Of a DNA stretch of 64,000 nucleotides, positions 47,713-60,199 are shown piece by piece (position 1 is the first letter of the stretch; every line of letters starts with the position of its first letter). Source of the DNA: an uncultured delta proteobacterium (GTDB lineage Bacteria > Desulfobacterota > Binatia > DP-6); the NCBI GenBank assembly GCA_963815115.1, contig CAWFFN010000007.1, positions 1,024,001-1,088,000 of the forward strand, given 5' to 3'. The translations under genes were made by a program, and so were the position numbers. The notes beneath the pieces were generated by a model. The model ran no database searches. It had not been told where the DNA came from and saw only the letters and a list, made by a program, of their open reading frames with translations.

Positions 47713-50700
47713 ATGATCTGGCCCCCGTTTCTCCAGGGCCTGGTCGACCGGGCCTCGTCTTCCCGGGCTGCCTTCAAGGACTCCCAGGAGCCGATTCGGG
47801 CCGAGCTGTTCAGCGTCGAACGCCTCGAGCAGCACGCCGAGAGCCTCGCCGCCGCCCAGCGAGTCACCGACGATCCCGGCCGCGGCCGTCCCCTCGCCCC
47901 CCGCGTGCGCGACAATGCCCGCGCGCTGCTCGAGTCGTATCGCCTGCTCGTCGAGGCCATCCGCGAGGAGCGCATCGTATCGCCCGCGGCGGAGTGGCTG
48001 GTCGACAACTTCCACATCGTGGACGAGCAGCTGCGCGAGATCCGCGACCACCTCCCGTCGGGATACTACCGCGAGCTACCGAAGCTGGCGGAGAAGCACC
48101 TGGCCGGATATCCCCGCGTGCTCGGGCTGGCGTGGGCCTTCGTGGCGCACACCGACAGCCGCTTCGACCCCGACGCGCTGCGCCGCTTCGTTCGTGCCTA
48201 CCAGCGCGTCCAGCCGTTGCTGATCGGCGAGCTGTGGGCGATCGCTATCACGCTGCGCGTCGTCCTGGTCGAGAACCTCCGCCGCCTCTCGGAGCGCATC
48301 GTCGCCGCTCGTGAGGAGCGGCAGCGGGCCGACGAGCTGGCGGACGGGCTCCTCGGCCTCGGCGGGCGGCCTGCCGCCGAGGCGGCTGCCGCCCTCGGTC
48401 GGCTCGATCGCGGCGCGCTGCCGAGGAGCTTCGCGGTTCAGCTGGTGCAACGGCTTCGCGAGCAGGATCCCGCCGTGGTGCCTGCCCTGCGCTGGCTCGA
48501 CGAGCACCTGGCGGCGGAGGGCACGAGCAGCGAGGACATCGTGCATCGCGAGCACGAAGCCCAGGCCGCCATGAACGTGACGGTGCGCAACGTGATCACG
48601 AGCATGCGCCTCATGTCGGCGCTCGACTGGAAGGAGTTCTTCGAGAGCGTCAGCCTGGTCGACGAAGTCCTGCGGGCCAAGAGCGCCTTCCTCGACATGG
48701 ACTTCGCGACCCGCGACCGGTACCGCCATGCGATCGAGCAGCTGGCGCGCCGCTCGGGCCACCCCGAGACCGATGTGGCCCACCGCGCCGTCGCCAAGAC
48801 CGCGGCCGCCGGCGACGATCCCACCGGGCGACGGCGAGATCCCGGGTATCATCTCATCGCCGGCGGGCGCGCAGCGTTCGAGAGAGAGCTCGGCTTCAAT
48901 CCGGGGCTTCGCCGCCGGCTCCTGAGAGCCTACGTGGCAGCGGGCACCCCGGCGTATCTCGGCACCACCGCGATCCTGAGCCTCGTCATCCTCGCCCCGC
49001 CCCTCCTGCTCGCTGCCCGCGGCGGGGCCGGACCGTTCGCTCTGCTCGCGTTCGGGCTCCTCGGGCTGTTCCCGGCCACCGACCTCGCGATCGCCCTCAC
49101 CAATCGCGGCGTGGTCGAGCGCATCAGGCCCGCACCGCTGCCGAAGCTGGCGCTGCGCGACGGTATCCCGGCGGAGCTCCGCACCATGGTCGTCGTGCCC
49201 ACGCTGCTCACCAGCGTCGCCGACGTGGAGCAGCAGATCGACGGACTCGAGATCCACTCCCTCGCCAACTCGGACGCCGAGCTGCGCTTCGCGCTCGCGT
49301 CTGACTGGATCGACGCGCCGACGGAGGAGATGCCCGAGGACGACGTGCTGCTCGCCGCGGCCCGGGCCGGGATCGCCCGCCTGAACGAACGCCATGGTCC
49401 GACGCCGGACGGTGGAGACCGCTTCTTCCTCTTCCACCGCCGGCGAATCTGGAACCCGAGCGAAGGCGTCTGGATGGGCTGGGAGCGCAAGCGTGGCAAG
49501 CTGCACGAGCTCGACCGCATGCTGCGAGGCGCGTCCGATACCAGCTTTCTCCCGGTTTCGCCGCCGGTCCCCGAGGGCGTGCGGTACGTCATCACGCTCG
49601 ACGCCGACACCCGGCTGCCCGGCGGAACCGCACGGCAGCTGGTGGGGACGATGGCGCACGCCCTCAATCGCCCGCGCCTCGACCCCGCCACACACCGGGT
49701 CGTGGAGGGCTACGGCCTGCTCCAGCCGCGAGTCACCCCGACGCTGCCCGAGGACGGCCAGGGATCGCTCTACCAGCGCATCTTCTCCGGCCCGTGCGGT
49801 ATCGATCCCTATGCCGCCGCGACCTCGGACGTCTACCAGGACCTCTTCGGGGAAGGGTCGTACACCGGAAAGGGCATCTACGACGTCGACGCCTTCGAGG
49901 CGGCCCTCGACGGACGCGTCCCCGACAACTCGCTGCTGAGCCACGATCTCTTCGAGGGGCTGTTCGCGCGGGCCGGCCTGCTCACCGACGTCTCCCTGTT
50001 CGAGGAATTCCCCTCCAACTATCTGGTTGCAACGGGGCGCCAACACCGTTGGGCACGAGGAGACTGGCAGCTGCTCCCGTGGCTGATCGGATGGGTGTCG
50101 GCGCCGATCTCCATCATCGGCCGCTGGAAGATACTCGACAACCTGCGGCGCACACTGTCGCCGCTGGCCGTCTATGTCCTCCTGGTGGCGGACTGGACGC
50201 TGCCCGTGGGCAGGCCGGGAATGTGGACGACGTTCGTGTTGGCGGCCGTCATCCTCGCGGCGCTCGTCCCGGTCCTGCACGAGGTCGTGCCCCGGCGGAG
50301 CGGCATCTCGAAGCGCAGCCACGTGCGTGCGGTTGCGGCCGACCTGGCCGTTGCCGGCTCGCAGGTGGCGCTCACGTTCACCCTGCTCGCCCACCAGGCG
50401 TTCGTCATGGGCGACGCGATCGTGCGGGCTCTCGTCCGCCTGATCGTCACCAGGCGGCGCCTGCTCGAGTGGATGACCGCCGCGCAGGCGAAGGCGGGAC
50501 AGGATCTCTCGCTCGGGGCCTTCGTCGTGCGCATGGGCGGCGCCATCGTGCTCGCGGTGGCCGCAGCCGCGCTCGTCCTGGGCTTCGGCCGAACGGGGGC
50601 GTGGCCGCTGGCCTTGCCGTTCGTCGCCCTCTGGGTGCTGTCGCCGGCGGTCGGCTGGTGGATCAGCCAGCCCCGGGAGGGCGCCGTCGCCGAGCCGCTC

Positions 50701-53700
50701 GGCGACGACGACGCGCGCATGCTCAGGACGACCGCGCGGCGGACCTGGCGCTTCTTCGAGACCTTCGTCGGATCGGAGGCTCACGCGCTCCCTCCCGACA
50801 ACTTCCAGGAAGACCCCCATCCGGTCGTGGCGCATCGCACGTCGCCGACCAACGTCGGTCTCTACCTCCTCTCCACCGCTGCGGCCCACGATTTCGGCTG
50901 GCTCGGGATCCTCGACACCCTCGATCGCCTGGCCGCGACGCTCGACACGCTGAACGGCCTCGAGCGCTTCCGGGGGCACTTCTACAACTGGTACGAGACG
51001 CGAGAGCGACGGCCCCTCGATCCCAAGTACGTCTCGACGGTCGACAGCGGAAACCTCCTCGGCCATCTGCTCGCGCTCGCGCAAGGCTGTCGCGAGCTGA
51101 TCCACCGCCCGCTCCTCGATGCAGAGGTGCTCTCGGGCATCGGCGACACGCTCCTGGTGCTGCGAGAGACCATGGACAGCCTGGCCGACGATCGGCGCAC
51201 GCTCACCGTGACGCGCAAGACCCTCGCCGACGCCGTGGACGCCGTGGCCGCCGCGCTCGAGCCGATTCCCATGAGCACCGCTGCGTGGGGCGCCCGGTTC
51301 GCCCAGCTCGAGACGCTGGCCGACACGATGACCGACATCGCGCGCACCCTGGCCGCCGAACGTGACGACCCCGCGGCCCGCGAGCTCGCCGCCTGGGCGG
51401 AGGCCGTGCGCGCGGGCGTCGCGAGCTGGGCGCGAGACCTCGACGCGCTCCTGCCCTGGGCACGACCGCCGCAGGCGGATCCCGCGATCGAGTTCCCCGT
51501 CCCGACTCCCGCGAGCGCTCCCGACACGTGCGAGGCCATCGTCGCCCGCCTCGCGGACCGTCCCGCCCAGGCGGCGCTCGTCGAGCGCCTCGAGCGGTCC
51601 GCGAGCGCCTGTGCCTCCCTCCGCCGACGGCTCGAGACCCTGGGGCGCCTGGCCGACGCGATGGCAGGCGAGATGGACTTCCGCTTCCTCTTCGACGCCA
51701 CGCGCAACCTGTTCCGGATCGGCTTCCGCGTGGCCGACGGCGAGCCCGATGCAAACTACTACGACCTGCTCGCTTCCGAGGCGCGCCTCGCGAGCTTCGT
51801 CGCCATCGCCAAGGGCGACGTCCCCACCTCCCACTGGTTTCAGCTCGGTCGCACGATGACGCCCGTCGTTCGCGGCTCCGCGCTGGTGTCGTGGTCGGGC
51901 TCGATGTTCGAGTACCTGATGCCCGAGCTGGTGATGCGGTCGCCCGCGGGAAGCCTGCTCGAGCAGACGTGCGAGCTGGCCGTGCGACGGCAGATGCAAT
52001 ACGGCGCCGAGCGCAAGGTCCCGTGGGGGATATCGGAATCGGCCTACAACGTCCGCGGGCTCGATCTGACCTATCAATACTCGAGCTTCGGGGTGCCCGG
52101 CCTGGGGCTCGAGCGCGGTCTCAGCGAGGACCTGGTGGTCGCTCCGTACGCCACCGCGCTGGCGGCGATGGTCGATGGACCCGCGGCGGCCCGGAACCTG
52201 ACCCGGCTCGCCGCTGCGGGGGGCCGCGGTGCCTACGGCTTCTACGAGGCGCTCGACTACACCGCGACCCGCGTTCCCGAGGGGAGCACCGTCGCTCCCG
52301 TGCGCGCCTACATGGCGCACCACCAGGGCATGACGCTGGTGGCCCTCCTGAACGTGCTCCACGACGGCGTCATGCGGCGGCGCTTCCATGCCGAGCCGAG
52401 CGTGCAGGCCAACGATCTGCTGTTGCAGGAGCGAACGCCGCGCGATGTGGGCGTCGCGCGCCCGCGGGTCGACGAGGTCAACGCGGCTCGCCACGTCCGC
52501 GATGTCGCTCTACCGGTGCAGCGGCGCGTCCGCTCACCGCACGGGCCGGTCCCCCATACCCACCTGCTGTCGAACGGCCGGTATGCCGTCATGCTGACCG
52601 CCGCCGGCTCGGGATACAGCCGGTGCCACGACCTGGCGGTGACCCGCTGGCGCGAGGACGTCACCCGGGACTGCTGGGGCCAGTACGTCTTCCTGCGCGA
52701 CACGCAGCGCGGGGAGGTCTGGTCGGTCGGCTATCAGCCCACCGGGGCGACACCGGACGCCTACGAGGCGGTGTTCGCGGAAGACCGCGCCGAGTTCCGC
52801 CGCCGCGACGGCGCCATCTCGACGACCATGGAGGTGGTCATCTCTCCCGAGGACGACGCCGAGGTGCGCCGCATCTCGCTCACGAATCTCGGCGCCCGGG
52901 CACGCGAGATCGAAGTCACCTCGTATGCCGAGGTCGTCTTGGCGCCGCCCGCAGCCGATGCGGCGCATCCGGTGTTCTCCAACCTCTTCGTCCAGACGGA
53001 GTTCGTGCCCGACGTCAGCACCCTCCTCGCCTCCCGCAGGCCTCGCTCGCCCGAGGAAGCGCCGGTCTGGGCCGCGCACCTCGTCGTCGTCGAGGGCGAG
53101 ACGGTCGGCGGAGCACAGTTCGAGACCGACCGGGCGCGATTCCTCGGTCGCGGGCGGGGCATCCGCACCCCCATGTCGGTCATCGACGGCCGGCCACTCT
53201 CCAACACGATGGGCGCCGTCCTCGATCCGATCTTCAGCCTGCGCCACCGGATCCGGCTCGCCGGGGGCGCCAGCGCGCACCTCACCTTCTCGACCCTGGT
53301 CAGCTCCTCCCGCGAGGCGGTGCTCGACCTGGCCGACAAGTACCACGATCCGTCGATCTTCGAGCGTGCAGCCACGCTCGCCTGGACGCGCGCCCAGGTC
53401 GAGCTGCACCACCTTCGCGTCGAGCCCAGCGAGGCGCACCTCTTCCAGCGGCTGGCCAGCCGCATCCTGTACTCCGACCGGTCTCTGCGTCCGTCGCAGG
53501 AAGCGCTGGAGCGCAACGTCGCCGGGCAGTCGGGGCTCTGGGCTCACGGCATCTCCGGCGATCTCCCCATCGTCCTGGTGCGCATCGACGAGGAGGAGGA
53601 TCAGGAGATCGTCCGGCAGCTGCTGCGTGCCCACGAGTACTGGCGCATGAAGCAGCTCGCGGTCGATCTCGTGATCCTGAACGAGAAGCCGGTGTCGTAC

Positions 53701-56397
53701 GCCCAGGATCTGCAGACGACGCTCGAGACGATCGTCCGCACCAGCAGGTCCGGCCAGCTCCAGCCCGGAGAGATCCCGCAGGGCGGTGTGTTCGTCCTGC
53801 GCGCCGAGACCATCAGTCCGCAGGAACGCGATCTCCTGCAGACCGCCGCGCGCGCGCGCCTGCTCAGCCGCCACGGCACGCTCGCCGAGCAGGTGACGCG
53901 CATGGAGGCGCCGGAGACGGCCGCACCACCTCCCTCCCGCAGCATCACTCAGGCGCCGCCGGCCGACGACGCCCCGCCGCCCCGGAGGCCGGAGCTGGAG
54001 TTCTTCAACGGTCTGGGAGGTTTCACGACGGACGGCAAGACGTACGTCACCATCCTCGGCGAGGGGCAGTGGACTCCGACACCATGGATCAACGTGGTGT
54101 CGAACGGCGCGTTCGGGTTCCAGGTCTCGGAGTGCGGCGCCGGCTACACCTGGGCGATCAACAGCCACGAGAACCAGCTGACGCCATGGTCGAACGATCC
54201 GGTGAGCGACCCGGCCGGTGAGATCTTCTACGTCCGCGACGAGGAGACCGGCGAGCTGTGGGGTCCGACCGCGCTGCCCATCCGCGAGGAGCACTCCACG
54301 TACCTCGTGCACCACGGCCCGGGCTACAGTCGCTTCGAGCACACGTCGCACGGGATCGCGCTCGACCTCCTCCAGCTCGTCCCGGTCGACGACCCGCTCA
54401 AGATCTGCCGGCTCACGCTCGAGAACCGCTCCGGCCGGCCGCGCCGGCTGAGCGTGACGGCGTACGTCGAGTGGGTCCTCGGCGCGTCGCACAGCGCGAG
54501 CGCGCCGTACGTCGTCACCGAGATCGACAAGGGGACGGGCGCGCTGCTCGCCCGCAACCCGTGGCATCCGGAGTTCGGCGGCCGGCTCGCGTTCGCCGAC
54601 CTGCGCGGGCGCCAGACGAGCTGGACGGGCGATCGCACGGAGTTCGTCGGACGCAACGGCACGCTCGACCACCCGGCGGCTCTCGAGCGTCCCGGGCCCC
54701 TGTCGGGACGCGTCGGAGCTGGACTCGACCCGTGCGCCGCGCTGCAGGCGTCGATCGAGCTGCGAGCGGGCGCGCGCGCCGAGGTGGTCCTGCTGCTCGG
54801 CCAGGGAGCGACCGCCGACGAGGCGCGCTCGCTGATCGCGCGCCATCGCGCGGCCGACGTCGACGTCACCCTGACAGCCGTAGCGACCCGCTGGGACGAC
54901 ATCCTGTCGGTCGTGCAGGTGCGTACGCCCGACCGCTCGCTCGACGTGATGCTGAACTCCTGGCTGCTCTACCAGGCGCTCTCCTGCCGGGTCTGGGCGC
55001 GGGCCGCGTTCTACCAGGCGAGCGGCGCCTACGGCTTCCGCGACCAGCTCCAGGACCTGATGGCGATCACCCTGGCGCGCCGCGACCTCGCCCGCGAACA
55101 TCTGCTGCGTGCGGCTGCACGGCAGTTCGTCGAGGGCGACGTCCAGCACTGGTGGCATCCACCTTCCGGCAGAGGGACGCGCACACGCATCTCCGACGAC
55201 CTGGTCTGGCTACCCTATGCGGCGATCCACTACCTCGAGACCACCGGCGACATGGGTCTCCTCGACGAGGTCGTGCCCTTCATCGAGGGTCCGGTGCTCG
55301 CTCCCGATCAGCTCGAGGCTTACTTCGCGCCGACCGTCTCCAGCCAGACCGGCACCTTCTTCGAGCATTGTGCCCGCGCCCTCGACCGCAGGCTGGAGGT
55401 CGGCAGCCACGGCCTCCCGCTCATGGGAACCGGCGACTGGAACGACGGCATGAACCGCGTCGGCCCGGCGGGGCGCGGCGAGAGCGTGTGGCTCGGCTGG
55501 TTCCTCCACACCACGCTGTGGGAGTTCGCGCGCATCGCCGACCTGCGCGGCGAGGCGAAGCGGGCGGCAAAATGGATGCAACACGTGACCGCCCTGAGGG
55601 CGGCGCTCGAGCGCTCCTGGGACGGCGACTGGTACCGGCGTGCATACTTCGACGACGGCACCCCGCTGGGGTCGGTCAGCAACGCGGAGTGCCGCATCGA
55701 CTCGATCGCCCAGTCCTGGGGAGTCATCTCCGGCGCTGCCATGCCGGCTCGCGCCGAGCGCGCCATGGCGGCGGTCGAGGAATACCTCGTGCATCGCGGC
55801 GACGGCCTCGTCCTGCTGTTCACGCCGCCCTTCGATCAGACGCCCCTCGATCCGGGCTACATCAAGGGCTATCTGCCGGGCGTTCGCGAGAACGGTGGGC
55901 AGTACACGCATGCTGCCATCTGGGCCGTCCTCGCCTTCGCGGCGCTGGGCGACGGTGACAAGGCCGGCGAGCTGTTCGCCATCCTGAACCCGATCAATCA
56001 CGCGAGCACGCGCGCCGGCGTGCACCGCTACAAGGTGGAGCCGTACGTCTCCGCCGCCGACGTCTACGCGGCGCCGCCGCACGTGGGGCGTGGCGGATGG
56101 ACCTGGTACACGGGATCGGCGGGCTGGATGTACCGCGCCGGCATCGAGTGGATCCTCGGGTTTCGCCTGCGCGGCACGACCCTGCACCTCGATCCCTGCA
56201 TCCCCCGCGCGTGGCGCGGCTTCGAGGTCTCGTTCCGCTATCACTCGTCGCGATACGAGATCCGGGTTGAGAACCCGCGCGGCGTGACGCGCGGAGTATC
56301 GGGCGTGGAGGTCGACGGGCAGCGGCTCGAGGACGAAGGGGGTATTCCCCTCGCCGACGACGGCGGGACCCACCAGGTACATCTCGTTCTTGGCTGA
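47713..56397 (+). CDS. ndvB: Cyclic beta-1,2-glucan synthase (Cgs/NdvB/ChvB; GT84 + GH94 phosphorylase domains)
   Basis: 2894 aa; [83 protein letters not shown]. Confidence 0.97.
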   Translation: MIWPPFLQGLVDRASSSRAAFKDSQEPIRAELFSVERLEQHAESLAAAQRVTDDPGRGRPLAPRVRDNARALLESYRLLVEAIREERIVSPAAEWLVDNFHIVDEQLREIRDHLPSGYYRELPKLAEKHLAGYPRVLGLAWAFVAHTDSRFDPDALRRFVRAYQRVQPLLIGELWAIAITLRVVLVENLRRLSERIVAAREERQRADELADGLLGLGGRPAAEAAAALGRLDRGALPRSFAVQLVQRLREQDPAVVPALRWLDEHLAAEGTSSEDIVHREHEAQAAMNVTVRNVITSMRLMSALDWKEFFESVSLVDEVLRAKSAFLDMDFATRDRYRHAIEQLARRSGHPETDVAHRAVAKTAAAGDDPTGRRRDPGYHLIAGGRAAFERELGFNPGLRRRLLRAYVAAGTPAYLGTTAILSLVILAPPLLLAARGGAGPFALLAFGLLGLFPATDLAIALTNRGVVERIRPAPLPKLALRDGIPAELRTMVVVPTLLTSVADVEQQIDGLEIHSLANSDAELRFALASDWIDAPTEEMPEDDVLLAAARAGIARLNERHGPTPDGGDRFFLFHRRRIWNPSEGVWMGWERKRGKLHELDRMLRGASDTSFLPVSPPVPEGVRYVITLDADTRLPGGTARQLVGTMAHALNRPRLDPATHRVVEGYGLLQPRVTPTLPEDGQGSLYQRIFSGPCGIDPYAAATSDVYQDLFGEGSYTGKGIYDVDAFEAALDGRVPDNSLLSHDLFEGLFARAGLLTDVSLFEEFPSNYLVATGRQHRWARGDWQLLPWLIGWVSAPISIIGRWKILDNLRRTLSPLAVYVLLVADWTLPVGRPGMWTTFVLAAVILAALVPVLHEVVPRRSGISKRSHVRAVAADLAVAGSQVALTFTLLAHQAFVMGDAIVRALVRLIVTRRRLLEWMTAAQAKAGQDLSLGAFVVRMGGAIVLAVAAAALVLGFGRTGAWPLALPFVALWVLSPAVGWWISQPREGAVAEPLGDDDARMLRTTARRTWRFFETFVGSEAHALPPDNFQEDPHPVVAHRTSPTNVGLYLLSTAAAHDFGWLGILDTLDRLAATLDTLNGLERFRGHFYNWYETRERRPLDPKYVSTVDSGNLLGHLLALAQGCRELIHRPLLDAEVLSGIGDTLLVLRETMDSLADDRRTLTVTRKTLADAVDAVAAALEPIPMSTAAWGARFAQLETLADTMTDIARTLAAERDDPAARELAAWAEAVRAGVASWARDLDALLPWARPPQADPAIEFPVPTPASAPDTCEAIVARLADRPAQAALVERLERSASACASLRRRLETLGRLADAMAGEMDFRFLFDATRNLFRIGFRVADGEPDANYYDLLASEARLASFVAIAKGDVPTSHWFQLGRTMTPVVRGSALVSWSGSMFEYLMPELVMRSPAGSLLEQTCELAVRRQMQYGAERKVPWGISESAYNVRGLDLTYQYSSFGVPGLGLERGLSEDLVVAPYATALAAMVDGPAAARNLTRLAAAGGRGAYGFYEALDYTATRVPEGSTVAPVRAYMAHHQGMTLVALLNVLHDGVMRRRFHAEPSVQANDLLLQERTPRDVGVARPRVDEVNAARHVRDVALPVQRRVRSPHGPVPHTHLLSNGRYAVMLTAAGSGYSRCHDLAVTRWREDVTRDCWGQYVFLRDTQRGEVWSVGYQPTGATPDAYEAVFAEDRAEFRRRDGAISTTMEVVISPEDDAEVRRISLTNLGARAREIEVTSYAEVVLAPPAADAAHPVFSNLFVQTEFVPDVSTLLASRRPRSPEEAPVWAAHLVVVEGETVGGAQFETDRARFLGRGRGIRTPMSVIDGRPLSNTMGAVLDPIFSLRHRIRLAGGASAHLTFSTLVSSSREAVLDLADKYHDPSIFERAATLAWTRAQVELHHLRVEPSEAHLFQRLASRILYSDRSLRPSQEALERNVAGQSGLWAHGISGDLPIVLVRIDEEEDQEIVRQLLRAHEYWRMKQLAVDLVILNEKPVSYAQDLQTTLETIVRTSRSGQLQPGEIPQGGVFVLRAETISPQERDLLQTAARARLLSRHGTLAEQVTRMEAPETAAPPPSRSITQAPPADDAPPPRRPELEFFNGLGGFTTDGKTYVTILGEGQWTPTPWINVVSNGAFGFQVSECGAGYTWAINSHENQLTPWSNDPVSDPAGEIFYVRDEETGELWGPTALPIREEHSTYLVHHGPGYSRFEHTSHGIALDLLQLVPVDDPLKICRLTLENRSGRPRRLSVTAYVEWVLGASHSASAPYVVTEIDKGTGALLARNPWHPEFGGRLAFADLRGRQTSWTGDRTEFVGRNGTLDHPAALERPGPLSGRVGAGLDPCAALQASIELRAGARAEVVLLLGQGATADEARSLIARHRAADVDVTLTAVATRWDDILSVVQVRTPDRSLDVMLNSWLLYQALSCRVWARAAFYQASGAYGFRDQLQDLMAITLARRDLAREHLLRAAARQFVEGDVQHWWHPPSGRGTRTRISDDLVWLPYAAIHYLETTGDMGLLDEVVPFIEGPVLAPDQLEAYFAPTVSSQTGTFFEHCARALDRRLEVGSHGLPLMGTGDWNDGMNRVGPAGRGESVWLGWFLHTTLWEFARIADLRGEAKRAAKWMQHVTALRAALERSWDGDWYRRAYFDDGTPLGSVSNAECRIDSIAQSWGVISGAAMPARAERAMAAVEEYLVHRGDGLVLLFTPPFDQTPLDPGYIKGYLPGVRENGGQYTHAAIWAVLAFAALGDGDKAGELFAILNPINHASTRAGVHRYKVEPYVSAADVYAAPPHVGRGGWTWYTGSAGWMYRAGIEWILGFRLRGTTLHLDPCIPRAWRGFEVSFRYHSSRYEIRVENPRGVTRGVSGVEVDGQRLEDEGGIPLADDGGTHQVHLVLG

Positions 56398-56513
56398 GCA
56401 CCCGCCCGGCGTCGTCTGCCACCCGGACCCGGACGGCTTCGGCGGCGAACGCGGCTGTGCTAGCGGGGCGGCGGGACGTCGTGCGGAGCATCGTCGAACA
56501 GGGCGCCCGTCGC

Positions 56514-58361
56514 ATGAGCCAGCCCCTCGCCGGCGTCGTCCTGGTCGCGATGCTGGCGGGAGGCTGCGCCGCCCGGTCCTACGAGGGCGTGACCTTCGTG
56601 CGTCAGGGACAGCTCCTCCTGGCGTCCCGCGACACCCCGCCACCGACCGATGCGCCGGGGTGGGTCTCGGTGGAGCTGCCCGACATCTGGACCGTTGCGC
56701 GCCGTCGCCTCGGCACCGCCGGCTGGTATCGCTTCACTCTGTCCCTGGAAGAGGCCCCCCGTGACCTGTGGGGCGTCTACCTGCCTCGAGTCGGCATGAA
56801 CGCCGCCGTGTACGTGAACGGCGAGCTGGTCGGGGACGGAGGGCCGTTCAGGCCCGAGATCGCTCGCAACTGGAACCGGCCGCTCTACTTCACGGTTCCG
56901 GCGGGTCTCCTGCGCGCGGGACCGAACGTGGTCGAGGTGCGTCTCGAGATGCCGCCGGGCTCGCCCGGCATGCTGCAAGCCGTCGCGCTCGGTCCCGACC
57001 CCGTGCTGCGCCGCGCCTGGGAGTGGCGCTCGCTCGAGCAGGTGACCGTCGCCCAGGTGGTGTGCGCCGCCACGCTCGTGATGGCCCTCCTCGTGGGCGT
57101 GCTCTTTCTGCCGCGCGATCGCACCGGCGAGTATCGCTGGTTCGTGGCTGGGATGCTGTTGTGGGCGCTTCCGGCGCTCGACACCCTGCTGCGCCACCCA
57201 CCGCTCCCGACACCCGTCTGGGAGTGGACCACGCAGACCGCCCTCAACTGGGGAATCCCGTTCTGCACCCTGGCGGCGCACCGCGCGCTCCACATCCGCC
57301 GGCCGCGCCTCGAGGCGGCGATCGTGGCCATCGCGGTCGGGGGTGCCCTCATACGTGCACTGATGCCCCCCCTCTACGCCTTCCGCGTCACCCTGGTGTG
57401 GCTGCTGTGGACGATCGGCCTCGGCGTCTACCTCGTCTGGATCTTCGGACGCGCGGCGCGCAGCGGGCAGTACCGCCGGAGCCGTGCCTTCCAGATCGCC
57501 GGGCTGCTCGGACTCGCGCTCGGGATCCACGACATCATCTTCCTGGCCGCTGGGCTGCCCGCCGGTGGTCCCCTCCTCTCCCCCTACATCCCCGCCGTCG
57601 CCATGCTGGCGGCCGGCTGGGTCATGGTCGCCAACCTCGGCACCGTGCTCGTGCAGTCGGAGGAGCTCAACGCCGAGCTCGAGCAGCGCGTCGCCGACAA
57701 GCACAGCGAGCTCGAACGCAACTACGGCCGCCTGCGGGAGCTCGAGCGTGAGCGCGCGATCGCCGGCGAGCGCGAGCGGATCATGCGCGACATGCACGAC
57801 GGCATGGGAGGACAGCTGGTGTCGACGCTCGCGATGGTCGAGTCGGGCCGTTTCACCTCCGACACCGTGGCCGATGCCATCCACGCCGCGCTCGACGACA
57901 TGCGCCTCGTGGTCGACTCGCTCGAGCCGGTCGAGGGCGATCTCCTTTCCGTCCTGGCCATGGTGCGCGGCCGGCTCGAGCCGCGCCTCGCGCGCCACGG
58001 CATCCGCTTCGACTGGCAGGTGACCGATCTCCCGCCCCTTCCCGCCTTCGGCCCCGAGCGCGCCCTTCACGTGCTGCGTGTGGTCCAGGAGGCCGTCACC
58101 AACGTTCTCAAGCACGCGCAGGCGAGCACGATCACGATGCGGACGGGCATCGACCCTGGACCCGGCTCCGCCCGCGGGGTGTTCGTCGAGGTATGCGACG
58201 ATGGCCGGGGCTTCGATGGACCGCGTGCCGGCGGGCGCGGCCTGCCCAACATGCAGCGGCGCGCCGCGGAGCTGGGCGGAGATCTCTCGGTATCCACGTC
58301 CGGACCGGGCACGACGGTGCGCCTCTGGTTGCCGCTCGGCGACGCTACTCGTCCAGCCTGA
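56514..58361 (+). CDS. Membrane sensor histidine kinase (HisKA_3) with extracellular jelly-roll domain and ~7 TMs
   Basis: WVSVELPD..GWYR..VYVNGELVG; ERERIMRDMHDGMG; QEAVTNVLKHA, DDGRGF, GRGLPNM. Confidence 0.92.
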   Translation: MSQPLAGVVLVAMLAGGCAARSYEGVTFVRQGQLLLASRDTPPPTDAPGWVSVELPDIWTVARRRLGTAGWYRFTLSLEEAPRDLWGVYLPRVGMNAAVYVNGELVGDGGPFRPEIARNWNRPLYFTVPAGLLRAGPNVVEVRLEMPPGSPGMLQAVALGPDPVLRRAWEWRSLEQVTVAQVVCAATLVMALLVGVLFLPRDRTGEYRWFVAGMLLWALPALDTLLRHPPLPTPVWEWTTQTALNWGIPFCTLAAHRALHIRRPRLEAAIVAIAVGGALIRALMPPLYAFRVTLVWLLWTIGLGVYLVWIFGRAARSGQYRRSRAFQIAGLLGLALGIHDIIFLAAGLPAGGPLLSPYIPAVAMLAAGWVMVANLGTVLVQSEELNAELEQRVADKHSELERNYGRLRELERERAIAGERERIMRDMHDGMGGQLVSTLAMVESGRFTSDTVADAIHAALDDMRLVVDSLEPVEGDLLSVLAMVRGRLEPRLARHGIRFDWQVTDLPPLPAFGPERALHVLRVVQEAVTNVLKHAQASTITMRTGIDPGPGSARGVFVEVCDDGRGFDGPRAGGRGLPNMQRRAAELGGDLSVSTSGPGTTVRLWLPLGDATRPA

Positions 58362-59028
58362 CCAGCCCGAGCTGCAACGCCTCGTACACCGCCTCGCCGC
58401 GGGAGTGGACCTCGAGCTTCCGGTAGATGTTGCGAACGTGCGTGGTGACGGTGTGGGCGGAGACGACCATCAGGCGCGCCGCCTCGGCGTAGCTGAAGCC
58501 CTTCACGATGAGGGTGAGGACCTCGTGCTCGCGCTCGGACAGGTGCGGCAGGGCGCCGTCGCCGGGGTCCCGCACCGGCGTCGCGGCTGCGGGCGGGGCG
58601 AGGCGCTTCAGCAGGTAGCGCGCAATCGGCGGGCTGATCGGCGAGCCGCCTTCGACGAGCTCCATGATGGAATCCCCGATGTAGTCGGGGGAGCCGTCCT
58701 TCAGCAGGTAGCCGAGCGCGCCCGCCTCGATCGCGGCGACCACGTGCTGCTCGTCGCCGAAGATGGTGATCACCATCGCCAGGGTGGGTGCGCCCTGCTG
58801 CCGCAGCCCACGGATGAGATCGATGCCGTTGCCGTCGGGTAGGCCGAGGTCCGTCAGGAGCACGTCCGGAACGGCCTTCGCCAGCTCGGCGCGCGCCTCG
58901 GCGAGGCATCCCGCCGCGGCCGCCAGGCGGAGGCGCGGGTGGGCACGCACCGCGCTCGCCAGCCGGACGCGGGTGTTCTCGTCGTCCTCGACGAGGAGCA
59001 CGGCGTGGCGGGCCTTGGGCGAGGTCAC
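58345..59028 (-). CDS. NarL/LuxR-family response regulator
   Basis: LLVEDD, DVLLTDLGLPDG, GYLLKD; LSEREHEVL..G.SY.E.A..HTVTTHVRNIYRKL. Confidence 0.95.
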   Translation of the reverse strand: MTSPKARHAVLLVEDDENTRVRLASAVRAHPRLRLAAAAGCLAEARAELAKAVPDVLLTDLGLPDGNGIDLIRGLRQQGAPTLAMVITIFGDEQHVVAAIEAGALGYLLKDGSPDYIGDSIMELVEGGSPISPPIARYLLKRLAPPAAATPVRDPGDGALPHLSEREHEVLTLIVKGFSYAEAARLMVVSAHTVTTHVRNIYRKLEVHSRGEAVYEALQLGLVRLDE

Positions 59029-59092
59029 GGGGCATTCTATGCCATGCGGCCCTCGCGCGCTCCTCCCCAGAATTGGGGAGCGCGCAGTCCCT

Positions 59093-60199
59093 CTAGCGGG
59101 CGCTGTAGCGGACGCGGAAGAGACGCAGGCCGATGGCGAGGGTGGCGCCGCCGTAGACGAGCAGCATGATGCTGGGCAGCACGATGGCCTCGAGGCCACG
59201 CTGGCGCAGGATGAGGTCGTTCAGGCCGCGCATGGCCCACGTGGTGAACACCGCGGGCGCGATGCGGCTCATCCACTCGGGCTGCATCGACTGAGGCCAC
59301 CAGAGACCACCGAGGGCGGACACGGCCATCACCAGCGAGAGGCCGAGCGGCAGGGTCTGTTCCCGCGACCGCGCGATCCCGGCGACCAGCATGCCCGCCG
59401 CCACCACCGCGAAGACCGACGCCAGCGTGAGGAGCAGCATCGCCAGCGGCGACGAGCCGAGCGAGACGCCGAACAGCCAGTGTCCCCAGGCCAGCAGCAA
59501 GAGCATCTGCACCACGCCGACGACGAAGCGCGCCGCGAGCTTGCCCAGCAGGATGCGGGTGAAGCCCCCGGGGGCGACCAGGAGGCGAGAGAGCGTTCCC
59601 CAATCACGCTCGTCGTGCATGCTCATGGACGTGCCGAAGACGACCGCCAGGAGCACGAACATCAGCGCGAATCCGGGGACCCGCTGCTCGAACACCGAGA
59701 CCGAGAGCCGGTTGCCGGTGAGATTCTCCTCGCGCAGCGTGATCTTCTCCTCGGAGAACGGATCCGCGAGCGCCGCCGCCTCCTTGTCCATCAGGAGCAG
59801 GAGCACCTTGACGCCTTGCAGGTCGCTGCCGGCGGCCGGGTCGGTGAGGAGCAGGATCTCGCTCGATCGGCCCTGGAGGTACTGCTTGCTCAGCTTGGGC
59901 GGGAAGACGATCGCCGCGGCGGCGTCGTGCTTGTCCCGCACCAGGTGCTCGGCTTCGGCGCGGCTGACCTCGCGCACGTCCGCGTGGTCACCGAGGAGCT
60001 TGATGAATGTGCTCGCCACCGGGCCGCCGTCCTCGTTCACCACCGGCACCATGAGCTTGGGGCCGTCGTCGCCGTGGAAGAGGCCCTGCGCGATCACGGT
60101 GATGACGATGATCGGCATCAGGAGCGCGAAGGCGAGCGCCGAGCGGTCGCGGAGGAAGATGCGGAGGTCCTTGCGGAACACGGCGAACATGGTGGTCAC
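59093..60199 (-). CDS. ABC-2 type exporter permease
   Basis: KDLRIFLRDR, ERDWGTLSRLLVAP, LLGK, LGGLWWP..QPEWM; 6 TM + periplasmic loop. Confidence 0.92.
   Translation of the reverse strand: MTTMFAVFRKDLRIFLRDRSALAFALLMPIIVITVIAQGLFHGDDGPKLMVPVVNEDGGPVASTFIKLLGDHADVREVSRAEAEHLVRDKHDAAAAIVFPPKLSKQYLQGRSSEILLLTDPAAGSDLQGVKVLLLLMDKEAAALADPFSEEKITLREENLTGNRLSVSVFEQRVPGFALMFVLLAVVFGTSMSMHDERDWGTLSRLLVAPGGFTRILLGKLAARFVVGVVQMLLLLAWGHWLFGVSLGSSPLAMLLLTLASVFAVVAAGMLVAGIARSREQTLPLGLSLVMAVSALGGLWWPQSMQPEWMSRIAPAVFTTWAMRGLNDLILRQRGLEAIVLPSIMLLVYGGATLAIGLRLFRVRYSAR

Noticed and set aside
48076-52494. 1472-aa antisense ORF, and other long shadow ORFs such as 5437-8892 (+) and 52534-55158 (-)
   Set aside because: Antisense or off-frame shadows of well-supported genes, expected at this GC content
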